NCBI GenBank assembly: GCA_963719515.1
Contig: CAVRCJ010000006.1
Span: forward strand, 96,001-160,000
Length of the DNA: 64,000 nucleotides
Source of the DNA: an uncultured cyanobacterium
GTDB taxonomy: Bacteria > Cyanobacteriota > Cyanobacteriia > CAKZMO01
Direction of reading: 5' to 3'
In this document: positions 21,770 through 30,428 of the stretch, one piece after another
How the letters are laid out: each line of letters opens with the position of its first letter
How positions within the stretch are numbered: position 1 is the first letter of the stretch
Translations under genes and position numbers: made by a program
Notes under the pieces: generated by a model
Told to the model about the DNA's origin: nothing
Databases searched by the model: none
What the model saw: only the letters and a program-made list of their open reading frames with translations

Positions 21770-21804
21770 CATAAATCTTCAACGACTTTTTACCTAACCT
21801 CACT

Positions 21805-22782
21805 ATGCCGCTTTTTCTCAAGGCTCTGAAGGAGCACGGTCACCTCGACTCAGTGCAAATTGTCATCGCTTGCGTCGGCTCGCGTAAGCTAGGGGGTCGC
21901 GATGATTTGGGAGCAAGCTGGCAATTTTTTGCTCCCAACTTGACTATCTACGGGTTCGACGCCGACGCCGATGCCTGCGACGCCGCTAACCGAAGCCTAG
22001 CTGAGCGGCGGGTTCCCTGGAGCGAAGTCCATATTCCCCTGGCTCTATCCGACACCGTTGGGGACTCTACTCTTTATGTCACCCAGCACCCCATGTGCAG
22101 TTCACTGTTCCCGCCTAACGAGGCGCTGCTGAGCCGCTTCGCCCACCTGCCTGAGCTAGTGAATCTAGATTTTACAGTAGAGATGGAGACCACAACCCTC
22201 GACCAGTTTTGCCAGCAGGAGCAGATAGCAAGCGTTGACTTTCTGCAAATGGATGTCCAAGGGGCCGAGCTACTGGTCCTGGAGGGCGCTACGGCCCTGC
22301 TGCCAACGGTGCTGGGGCTGCAGACAGAAGTATCGTTCTCACCGCTCTATCAAAACCAACCCCTGTTTGCTGATGTTGACTCCTACCTGCGGCAGCGGCA
22401 GTTTGACTTCTTCAACTTCGAGTTTCTCGGCACTCCCGGCGTGCGGCGGCGATCGCCCGTGCAGTCCACCTCACGTGGTGGGCAGCTGCTGTGGGCTGAC
22501 GCCATCTATCTCCGAGATTTGCCTTTGTCTACGGCACCCTCGCCCGCTGAGCTAGGGCAGCGGCTTAAGCTGGCCTGCATTGCAGACGCTCTAGAGTTCT
22601 CTGACTACGCTTTAGAGCTGCTAGTCGAGCTAACGGTGAAGACGAACCACAATTACGCTGACAGCATTCTTCAAGGGTTAGCCACCCTTCCCGCTTTGGC
22701 TCGCTTTGGACTGGCTAAACTACCCGTAGTGCAGCAGATTCGAGACTATCTCAGCGACGATGCCCGCGCTACCTTGAGCTAA
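21805..22782 (+). CDS. FkbM family methyltransferase
   Basis: TTTLD, DFLQMDVQGAEL, EVSFSPLYQNQPLF and WADAIY. Confidence 0.88.
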   Translation: MPLFLKALKEHGHLDSVQIVIACVGSRKLGGRDDLGASWQFFAPNLTIYGFDADADACDAANRSLAERRVPWSEVHIPLALSDTVGDSTLYVTQHPMCSSLFPPNEALLSRFAHLPELVNLDFTVEMETTTLDQFCQQEQIASVDFLQMDVQGAELLVLEGATALLPTVLGLQTEVSFSPLYQNQPLFADVDSYLRQRQFDFFNFEFLGTPGVRRRSPVQSTSRGGQLLWADAIYLRDLPLSTAPSPAELGQRLKLACIADALEFSDYALELLVELTVKTNHNYADSILQGLATLPALARFGLAKLPVVQQIRDYLSDDARATLS

Positions 22783-24964
22783 CACGCCGTTCCCACATCT
22801 GCTGGTATGCCTGTTCCATATCTCGGGCGAACTGACGCCCGTTCCATAAGGGCGCGGTGCGACGACCCTGCCACAGCTTCCAGGTAACCTGCTGTCGCAG
22901 GGCGGGATCCTGGCCCAAGCGGATGCCCCACGCTATATATTCGTCGTCAGTCCAGGCGATTCCCTCGGTGATGCCTGCGTTTCGCATCATGGTGTAGCTG
23001 TTGCGGCTTGAGAAGGTTTCCCCGACGCGGGTCACCAATGGAATTCCCACCCACAGAGTTTCCAAAGTGGTGGTGGCTCCGTTGTAGGGGTAGGTGTCAA
23101 GTACCACATCTGCCAAAGCCAGATTGGCCCGGTGAGAGGCTTCGCTGGGGGTACGGGGCAAAAATCGCAGTCGCTCGGCGGCCACTCCTTCCTCATGGGC
23201 AATCTGCGTAAAAAAGTCTTGAACCGAGCGATCGCCTGCACCCTTGATCATGAAATAGCTGTCGGGTACCTGAGCCAGTATGCGCATCTGCAGCCGCACC
23301 GTTTGGGGATGGCGCTTGTAGCCCCGCTGACCGCTGAAGTAGACCACAGCGGCGTCAGGAATATCCACGTCCTGTCGCCGCAAATCGGGGACCGCCACCT
23401 CAAAGCCGTCCACCGCCACGTAGGTGTGCGGCAAGCGCCACAGAGTCTCCTGGTAGTGGGACTCTGCCCACTCCGGCAGCACGTAGGGGTCGGCGATGAA
23501 GTAATCTACCGCCGGGATGCCCGATGCGTCCCAGCCTAGCCAGGTCACCTGAACCGGCGCAGGCTTGAGGGCCATCACCTCGCAGGTGGTGTCGAGGGTG
23601 ATGCTGTCGAGATCGACCAAAATATCAATGCCATCGTCATAGATGCCGTCGGCGATTAAAGGCGCTTTAGTGCCTAGCTGTCTAACCTGGTCTGAATGGG
23701 CCACAAACCAGTCCCGCAGGGTATCCGGTTTTTCTGAACGGTAGTCAACCAGATAGCTGTAAAGGGCGACCTGTTCGCGGTCATGGTGTCTGTAGAGCCA
23801 GCGGGCGAGCCAACCCACGGAGTGACGCCGCAAACAGCTCGATATGTAGCCAACTTTGAGTGGGCGTCGGGAGGCGCTAGCAGGGGCAAATTGATAGCGC
23901 TGTATCCGATCGCTACAGTGCTGCTGTAGCTGAGTCTGGGCAATCGCGGCTACCTGGTTTTGCAAAGCTCGATTTGCCGCTAGATCATCCCGTAGGTAAG
24001 GCTGGAAGAAAGGCGCGGTAAACAGCCAGCGGGCCAGCACGGGCGGAACGTTCTCCGGGGGATGGGCTACCAGCCGTTGCAGCAGCTCTAAATGGCGCTC
24101 AAAGACCTGATAAATCTTCGCCCAGTCGCTGCCCACGGTCATCAGCCCCCGCAGCAGGACGTGATTCGCCGAAACTTGGCTGAGGAGCGATGGGGCAATG
24201 TCAAAGCAGTGCTGGGCTACGGCGATCGCTTCGCTGTACTGCCCCGCATCTTGATGAAAGCAGGAGAGGTGCTGCAAGATTGAGGGGTTGTCTGGAATCA
24301 GCCGCTGTACTTGCTTGAGCAGAGCTGCCGCCATAGCGGGGCGATGCTCATGGTAGGCGACGTGCTTGGCTTGGTCGATGAAGACATGGGCGGGGGGTGA
24401 CTCGACTTGAAAGTGGGAGTAAGAGATCTGAACCAGCCTATCGGTGGCTGTACCGACAGCGTAACGGCTTAGAATATCGGCTAGCGTCTGGGCCAAGAGG
24501 GGTAGTGAGACGGCGGACGGTTGGGCTTGCTCCAATAGCGACAAGACGTGCCATTCATCCAAAGACTCAGGTTCAAATTGCCCTAGCCGTGACGATAGCA
24601 GCAGCAGCAGCAGCAAATTGCCGAGGTTTGTGGGATCAAGCTCGCGCATGTGCTGACGAATGCCCCAGGCTCGGGAATAGGCTTTTATGAGCTGCTGACG
24701 CTCGGCCTCCGTATCTAGGATAACCAACAGTTCTTGGGTCCAGACCTCAATGTCTTCTTCCTTCGCACCAGCTACGGCCATGAACCAGGTCATTTGGGCT
24801 TCATCTTCTTGGCCCAGCATCAGCAGCGCCAGCCCCAAATACCAAGCGTATGATCGCGCGGCTGGATCCGCGTCGAGGGTTCGCTCGCAAAGCTCTACGA
24901 GCTGCCGCCAGCTACCCTGGGCTGCTAGCTTGAATAAGTTTAAGTCTGCTGGAGGTGCTGTCAT
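22769..24964 (-). CDS. O-linked GlcNAc transferase (GT41/SPINDLY family), OgtA-like
   Basis: TPR N-terminus; LKVGYISS..RRHSVG, DILVDLD, APVQVTWLG, DTYPYNGATTTLE.LW.GIP; immediately downstream of pilA. Confidence 0.9.
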   Translation of the reverse strand: MTAPPADLNLFKLAAQGSWRQLVELCERTLDADPAARSYAWYLGLALLMLGQEDEAQMTWFMAVAGAKEEDIEVWTQELLVILDTEAERQQLIKAYSRAWGIRQHMRELDPTNLGNLLLLLLLSSRLGQFEPESLDEWHVLSLLEQAQPSAVSLPLLAQTLADILSRYAVGTATDRLVQISYSHFQVESPPAHVFIDQAKHVAYHEHRPAMAAALLKQVQRLIPDNPSILQHLSCFHQDAGQYSEAIAVAQHCFDIAPSLLSQVSANHVLLRGLMTVGSDWAKIYQVFERHLELLQRLVAHPPENVPPVLARWLFTAPFFQPYLRDDLAANRALQNQVAAIAQTQLQQHCSDRIQRYQFAPASASRRPLKVGYISSCLRRHSVGWLARWLYRHHDREQVALYSYLVDYRSEKPDTLRDWFVAHSDQVRQLGTKAPLIADGIYDDGIDILVDLDSITLDTTCEVMALKPAPVQVTWLGWDASGIPAVDYFIADPYVLPEWAESHYQETLWRLPHTYVAVDGFEVAVPDLRRQDVDIPDAAVVYFSGQRGYKRHPQTVRLQMRILAQVPDSYFMIKGAGDRSVQDFFTQIAHEEGVAAERLRFLPRTPSEASHRANLALADVVLDTYPYNGATTTLETLWVGIPLVTRVGETFSSRNSYTMMRNAGITEGIAWTDDEYIAWGIRLGQDPALRQQVTWKLWQGRRTAPLWNGRQFARDMEQAYQQMWERRVSSR

Positions 24965-25069
24965 GGACAAAATGCTGCTAAACGAAAGCAGCGGACAGAT
25001 TGCTCTATCCGCTACTCTACCGTTTTGGAACAAGGTGAGATGTCTTGTCTCCGCTTTAGGCCTTAAAGT

Positions 25070-25624
25070 CTAGTTAATAGCGTCGTAGGTGTCTGGGCAA
25101 GTTGGCGCTTCGGTGAGAGAGAAGTTAGCATCATCTTCACCGGTAGGACCATCAGCCACTTCAGGGTTGATAGCTTCACACAAGGTGGCGTAAGTTGTGG
25201 CCTCACCACCGGTTTCAACCGTTCCAACGCTGGTACCACCGATGTATGCCCTGAAGGCCGCAGTGGTGCCTTCAGGCTGCGCTTGGTTAGTTACTGAGGT
25301 ACTGTCCTCACCGCCACCGGATATGGAATAGTTGTAGTTTTCGGTGTCGTCATCGAGACCCAGACCTAGACCGGTAATAGTATCAGAGAACTCTTGCTCC
25401 TCTAGGTAGTAAGCCTGCTGACCCCGGTTCATGGTGCCGACGTAGGTCTTAGCTTCAGATTCACGGGCGCGGTTGGCCTGGTTGAGGAAGCTCGGCAGGG
25501 CGATCGCCGCCAGAATACCAATAATAATGATGACGACGAGCAGCTCAATCAGCGTGAAGCCTTCGTCCTGCTGCTTCTTGGCGAGCAAATGGCGAAGGAA
25601 TTTGGCCTGTAGTTCAGATTTCAT
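25070..25624 (-). CDS. pilA: Type IV major pilin
   Basis: Prepilin site EG|FTLIELLVVIIIIGILAAIALP; NRGQQAYY; C-terminal Cys pair. Confidence 0.9.
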   Translation of the reverse strand: MKSELQAKFLRHLLAKKQQDEGFTLIELLVVIIIIGILAAIALPSFLNQANRARESEAKTYVGTMNRGQQAYYLEEQEFSDTITGLGLGLDDDTENYNYSISGGGEDSTSVTNQAQPEGTTAAFRAYIGGTSVGTVETGGEATTYATLCEAINPEVADGPTGEDDANFSLTEAPTCPDTYDAIN

Positions 25625-25746
25625 AGCGTTGATCTCCTTGAACGGGCTCGAACCATTAGCAGTTCGGCTTTATCTGGGTACTAACTTTCCCACTTGCCTT
25701 TCGTTTGCGATCATCTATTTTGGATAAATCCGGGAACATTTGTGTC

Positions 25747-25755
25747 AACTTACCG
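25747..25755 (-). promoter_or_regulatory. Possible SigF-type -10/-12 element for pilA
   Basis: CGGTAAGTT on the minus strand about 125 bp upstream of pilA; resembles the GGGTAAG element of cyanobacterial pilA promoters. Confidence 0.4.
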
Positions 25756-25904
25756 TAGATGCAGGCTCTCAGCGCTTGACAACCCAGTGCTCACCCAGGC
25801 TAGAGTGTGACGTAAGCTACAGCAGCAATGGTCTAGGTTCCCGGATAGTAGCTAAATACCAGCTAGCAGACGGGCTTTAGCTACTAGACAGGAAGCCCCG
25901 CGCT

Positions 25905-26087
25905 CTACCCGTCAGGGTGAGCGTCGGGATGAGAGTCGCGGTCGTCGATGGGGCTCAATGCCCCGGAGACGGCCAAACTTCGGATGTACTCCCTAAGGAC
26001 ATCGTTGATAGTTCTTTCGGTCATCTCACAATACTTGTCAAGATGCTGCTTTTCTCTGTCAGCGGCTCTAATAGTTATTTGCTGCAT
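25905..26087 (-). CDS. Ribbon-helix-helix (CopG-like) protein inside the IS
   Basis: Beta strand QITIR, helix EKQHLDKYCEMTER, helix TINDVLREYIRSL; divergent from tnpB with a 33-bp spacer. Confidence 0.7.
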   Translation of the reverse strand: MQQITIRAADREKQHLDKYCEMTERTINDVLREYIRSLAVSGALSPIDDRDSHPDAHPDG

Positions 26088-26120
26088 GTCGTTCTGATGT
26101 CAATATGCTATCATTATTGC

Positions 26121-27317
26121 ATGAAAGTCACTTATCAGTACAAGTTGCGTCCAGCGGCTGAGCAAACGGTTACCATGACCCGATGGCTAGATATGCTTCG
26201 GGCACAGTACAACTGGTTGCTGGCTGAGCGCTTCGACTGGTGGGAGATGAACCGCTGTTCGGTCAACGCCTGCCCACTCACCTGTAGCCTTGCGCCACTC
26301 AAAGATAATCCTAATTACTACAGCCAGAAGGCTAGCCTAGTGCCTCTCAAGCGAGAGCGACCCTGGTACAAGGATTTGCACTCACAAGCGCTTCAGGAGG
26401 TGACGAAGCAGGTAAAGCAGACGTTCGAGCGTTTCATCAAAGGTGATAAAAACGGTAAGCGTAGCGGCAAGCCTCGGTTCAAAGGCGCGGGGCGCTACAG
26501 GACGTTCACGTTCCCGCAGATGAAACCTGACTGCATCGATGGAAGTCGTATTACCCTGCCTAAGATTGGCCAGGTGAAGCTAATCCTTCATCGCCCGATA
26601 CCTGATGGGTTTACTGTCAAAACGGCCAAGGTGACTCGCAAAGCAGATGGTTGGTATGTGAGCCTGTTACTGGAAAACAATGCCGTTCCGATGCTTACTC
26701 CGGATGTCGATAGGGCTAAGTCTGTCGGTGTTGACGTTGGGCTGAAGGATTTCTTGGTTACCAGTGACGGTGAGAGCGTTCCTATCCCTCAGTTCTTTCG
26801 ACGCTCAGAGCGGCAGCTATCCAAGCTGCAGCGGCAGCTATCGAGACAGAAGAAGGGCTCTAACCGCTGGCGTAAGCAGGTGAATCGCATCGCCAAACTA
26901 CACCTAAAGATATCGCGTCAGCGTCGTGATTTCTTTTCTAAGGTGTGGGATTGGCTGTTCTCAAAGTACGATGTTGTCGCTCATGAAAAGCTCAACATCA
27001 AAGGACTTGCTCGAACCAGACTGGCAAAGTCAATCGCTGATGCCGCATGGGGTACATTCTTGGAGATAGGCTCTTTCAAAGCCGCGAAAGCTGGAAAGAT
27101 GACCATCGCTGAGAACCCACGCGGAACCAGCATTGATTGCTCGGGTTGTGGTGAGCGGGTACCAAAGACGCTGGCCGATCGGGTCCATAGTTGCCCGTCA
27201 TGCGGCTTAACGATCTGTCGCGACCACAACGCGGCTATCAACCTATTGAATAGGGCTGTGGGACATCAAGCCCTTAATCTCTCAGGAAATGTCTCAGCAG
27301 TAGCTGGGAGTCACTGA
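26121..27317 (+). CDS. tnpB: RNA-guided endonuclease TnpB
   Basis: ATG at 26121 (MKVTYQYKLRP); RuvC D (GVDVG), E (AHEKL) and D (RDHNAA) intact; Zn finger CSGC/CPSC. Confidence 0.95.
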   Translation: MKVTYQYKLRPAAEQTVTMTRWLDMLRAQYNWLLAERFDWWEMNRCSVNACPLTCSLAPLKDNPNYYSQKASLVPLKRERPWYKDLHSQALQEVTKQVKQTFERFIKGDKNGKRSGKPRFKGAGRYRTFTFPQMKPDCIDGSRITLPKIGQVKLILHRPIPDGFTVKTAKVTRKADGWYVSLLLENNAVPMLTPDVDRAKSVGVDVGLKDFLVTSDGESVPIPQFFRRSERQLSKLQRQLSRQKKGSNRWRKQVNRIAKLHLKISRQRRDFFSKVWDWLFSKYDVVAHEKLNIKGLARTRLAKSIADAAWGTFLEIGSFKAAKAGKMTIAENPRGTSIDCSGCGERVPKTLADRVHSCPSCGLTICRDHNAAINLLNRAVGHQALNLSGNVSAVAGSH

Positions 27318-27427
27318 GGAAGCCCGCGCTGTATGCGTAGCATCAGCGTCGGGAGGATGTCACTCATTGGCTTTAGCAGATGAATTAACGCGCAGCTCAA
27401 ACTTACTCTAAACCGGGAGATTGGACC

Positions 27428-28687
27428 CTGCTAGCGATCGACTCTTTCCCAGCCACCACCCACCACACGCCGAGCGGCCTCACCCTTATCCACCGGCACC
27501 TGCCGTTTGCCCCCGTCGTTGCAGTTGACGTCTGGGTTAATGCAGGCTCGTCAACGGAGCCGGCGACAGCGCTAGGAATGGCCCATTTTCTAGAGCACAT
27601 GATCTTTAAGGGGACCGAGCGTCTAGCGCCGGGGCAGTTCGATCAAATTATTGAGCGACACGGCGGGGCCGCAAACGCCGCCACGAGCTATGACTACGCC
27701 CACTACTTTATTCACGTCGCCCCGTCCCACCTCAGTGAATCGCTGCCGCATCTGGCCGACCTGGTAATGAACGCCGTCATTCCCGAAGGCGAGTTTGGGC
27801 GCGAGCGGGATGTGGTGCTAGAAGAGCTGCGCCAGGCTCAAGACGACCCCGACTGGATTGGGTTTCAGGCGCTAGTGAATAGCCTTTACCCCGCTCACGC
27901 CTACGGACAGCCTATTTTAGGCACAGAGGTGTCGCTGCAGCAGCAGACCGCCGAGGAGATGTGGCGCTTCCACCGCGATCGCTACCGCCCTGACAACATC
28001 ACCGTGGTGGTAGTGGGAGATGTGTCTTTACCTGAGGCTAAAGACCTCGTCGACCGCTCGTTTGTCGCCTCAGGGCCCCGCCCCAAGGTGCCGGATGTCC
28101 CTTTAGCGCAGTCCAATCTCGCCCCTAGGGTCCAGCGCCAGGAGCTGCATCTACCTCGGCTAGAGCTTTCTCGGTTGCTGATGGCCTGGCACGGGCCTGG
28201 CGTCGAATCGGTGCGCGATGCCTACGGCCTTGATCTGCTATCGGTGCTGCTGGGGGGAGGGCGCAGCTCACGGCTGGTGAGAGAGCTGCGGGAGGACCGG
28301 CAGCTGGTGCAGGCTATTGACAGCAGCTTCTCGCTGCATCGCGAGGGCAGCCTGTTTAGTATTAGCGCTTGGCTAGAGCCGCAGCATATGGCCGAGGTAG
28401 AGCGCATCATCGGCGATCGCTTGGGAGAGCTAGCCAACCGCTGCCCGGACGAATCAGAGCTGCGGCGCTGCAAGCGACTGCTGTGTAACGACTACGCCTT
28501 CTCAACCGAGACGGCGGGCCAGCTTGCAGGTCTGTACGGCTACTACAGCACCCTGGCGGCAGACGCGGCCCTCTCCACAACCTATCCGCACCATATCGAT
28601 TCATTTGGGGGGGAAGAGGTCCAGCAGCTTGCCAAAACCTACCTCTCACCGAGCCATTGCGCGGTCACGCTCCTTCAGCCTGCTTAG
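27428..28687 (+). CDS. M16 (pitrilysin/insulinase) metallopeptidase, catalytic subunit
   Basis: HFLEH motif; M16-like sequence (GLTLIH...VAVDVWVNAGS) continues upstream of ATG 27578 to an in-frame CTG at 27428, preceded by GGGAGA. Confidence 0.85.
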   Translation: MLAIDSFPATTHHTPSGLTLIHRHLPFAPVVAVDVWVNAGSSTEPATALGMAHFLEHMIFKGTERLAPGQFDQIIERHGGAANAATSYDYAHYFIHVAPSHLSESLPHLADLVMNAVIPEGEFGRERDVVLEELRQAQDDPDWIGFQALVNSLYPAHAYGQPILGTEVSLQQQTAEEMWRFHRDRYRPDNITVVVVGDVSLPEAKDLVDRSFVASGPRPKVPDVPLAQSNLAPRVQRQELHLPRLELSRLLMAWHGPGVESVRDAYGLDLLSVLLGGGRSSRLVRELREDRQLVQAIDSSFSLHREGSLFSISAWLEPQHMAEVERIIGDRLGELANRCPDESELRRCKRLLCNDYAFSTETAGQLAGLYGYYSTLAADAALSTTYPHHIDSFGGEEVQQLAKTYLSPSHCAVTLLQPA

Positions 28688-28965
28688 CCCCTCTCGCTGC
28701 GGCTCGCGTCGCTAAGGGCGCTACGACAGCCTCGGCAGGTCTAGGGGGCTTGTTCTTCTAAAGCGCCGCGAACGAATCTAATACACTGTAGGCAGGGGAC
28801 CTGTATCAAGTTAGGCTACAGAAGTTTAGAGACTAGTTCACTATAAATATCTAAGAAGCAAATTTTTAAGAAACCTGATTCGGGTTGGGAAAGCCCGCTT
28901 CCGAAAAGGGTTTTGACTTAAATCGAGACGTATTGACAAATTCGTTTACCTAACCGATACCCCTA

Positions 28966-30234
28966 ATGAGCCCCACCCCCGATTTGCCCCAGCGCTGCAG
29001 CACGCACCGAGCCGTCTTACCCAACGGGCTTGTTGTTTTGATTACCGAGAATCCTGCCGCTGACATTGTGGCAACTCGCGTGCTGGTGCAGTCTGGCGGA
29101 CGGTGTGAACCCCCTGAGCAGGGAGGCGTTTCGGGACTGCTGGCCTCTGTATTGACGAAGGGTACAGCCCACTATTCTTCCCATGAAATTGCTGAGACGG
29201 TGGAGTCGCTGGGGGCATCGCTAGGGGCGGATGCGGCTTCCGACTACTGCATGCTGGGGGCGAAGACCGTCTCTGAAGACTTTCCGGCTATCCTAGCGCT
29301 GATGGCCGAAATCTTGCGATCGCCGACCTTCTCCGAACCCGAAGTGGCCTTAGAGCAGCGGCTCGCGATCCAAGAGGTGCGCTCGATGCAGGAGCAGCCC
29401 TTTTCAGTGGCCTATCAGCAGCTGCAGCAGGCGCTCTACGGCACTCATCCCTACGCCACGGGGACTGTGGGCACCGAGAAAACCCTGGCCCAACTCGACC
29501 GGAGCCACGTCCAGACTTACTACCAGAATCACTTTCACCCCGATCGCAGCATCATCAGCATTGCGGGGCGCATTAGCGTGGACGAGGCGATCGCCCGCGT
29601 CAGCGGCGTTTTTGGGGACTGGCCCCGGTCGGGCACCTCTACTGACGAGGTGCCCGCGGTCGCACCCCGAGCCCCCCAGCAGGTGGCCACGCCCCAAGAG
29701 ACCCAGCAGTCGGTGATTATGCTGGGTTATCTAGTTCCCCCGGTGCATCACCCCGACTACTCGGCGCTCAAGATCCTCAGCACCTACTTGGGCAACGGGC
29801 TATCGAGCCGCTTGTTTGTGGAATTTCGCGAAAAGCGTGGCTTGGCCTACGACGTCTCAGCCCTCTATCCCACCCGCCTCGACACCTCCCATTTCATCCT
29901 CTACATCGGCACGGCAGCCCACAATACGGCGATCGCCCGGGAGGGTCTACAGCAGGAAATGGAGCGGCTCTGTCAGCAGGCGCTGACGCCTGACGCGCTG
30001 CAAATTGCCCAGAATAAGCTGCTGGGTCAATACGCGCTGGGCAAGCAAACCAACAGCCAAATTGCCCAGCTGATGGGCTGGTATGAGGTTTTGGGGCTCG
30101 GGATAGAGTTTGACCAAACGTTTCAGCAGCGCTGCCGCGAAGTGACCCCCGAAGATGTGCAGCGCGTAGCGCAGAGCTACTTTAGCGACAGTCCCTTCGT
30201 TTCTATGGTGGGCCCCAACGAATTTCTGGCTTAG
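28966..30234 (+). CDS. M16 peptidase, non-catalytic subunit
   Basis: LPNGL, TKGT, SSRLF..REKRGLAY; HxxEH motif absent. Confidence 0.88.
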   Translation: MSPTPDLPQRCSTHRAVLPNGLVVLITENPAADIVATRVLVQSGGRCEPPEQGGVSGLLASVLTKGTAHYSSHEIAETVESLGASLGADAASDYCMLGAKTVSEDFPAILALMAEILRSPTFSEPEVALEQRLAIQEVRSMQEQPFSVAYQQLQQALYGTHPYATGTVGTEKTLAQLDRSHVQTYYQNHFHPDRSIISIAGRISVDEAIARVSGVFGDWPRSGTSTDEVPAVAPRAPQQVATPQETQQSVIMLGYLVPPVHHPDYSALKILSTYLGNGLSSRLFVEFREKRGLAYDVSALYPTRLDTSHFILYIGTAAHNTAIAREGLQQEMERLCQQALTPDALQIAQNKLLGQYALGKQTNSQIAQLMGWYEVLGLGIEFDQTFQQRCREVTPEDVQRVAQSYFSDSPFVSMVGPNEFLA

Positions 30235-30428
30235 CCAAATTTCTAGCTCAGCCAACATTGCCTCATCTCACTTCTGCCTTTATGCAATCGGCTTGAAATT
30301 GACGTCGCTGCCCGCTTCTTGTATCCTCAATCAACAATTGATAGCCCTCTAGATCCGAATTGAGCATGATTTTGGCAAACGCCCTCTAAGACATAGGCAT
30401 TTACCGTTGCTTTCTCTATACTCAGTGC

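Larger units (their letters stand above)
25885..27363 (+). mobile_element. IS200/IS605-family element lacking tnpA (IS1341-like): RHH gene plus tnpB
   Basis: Related subterminal hairpins in direct orientation: GGAAGCCCCGCGCTCTACCCGTCAGGGTGAGCGTCGGGA (25891-25929) and GGAAGCCCGCGCTGTATGCGTAGCATCAGCGTCGGGA (27318-27354); right end ...GGATGTCAC at 27363; left boundary approximate. Confidence 0.85.

Noticed and set aside
25917..26120. N-terminal extension of TnpB in the ORF track
   Set aside because: It is antisense to the RHH gene and overlaps the left-end hairpin; the TnpB-like sequence starts at ATG 26121
26121..27317. TnpB as a nuclease-dead RNA-guided repressor (TldR-like) of the neighbouring pilA
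   Set aside because: All three RuvC residues and the Zn finger are intact, IS ends are present, and I saw no match of the predicted guide to the pilA promoter
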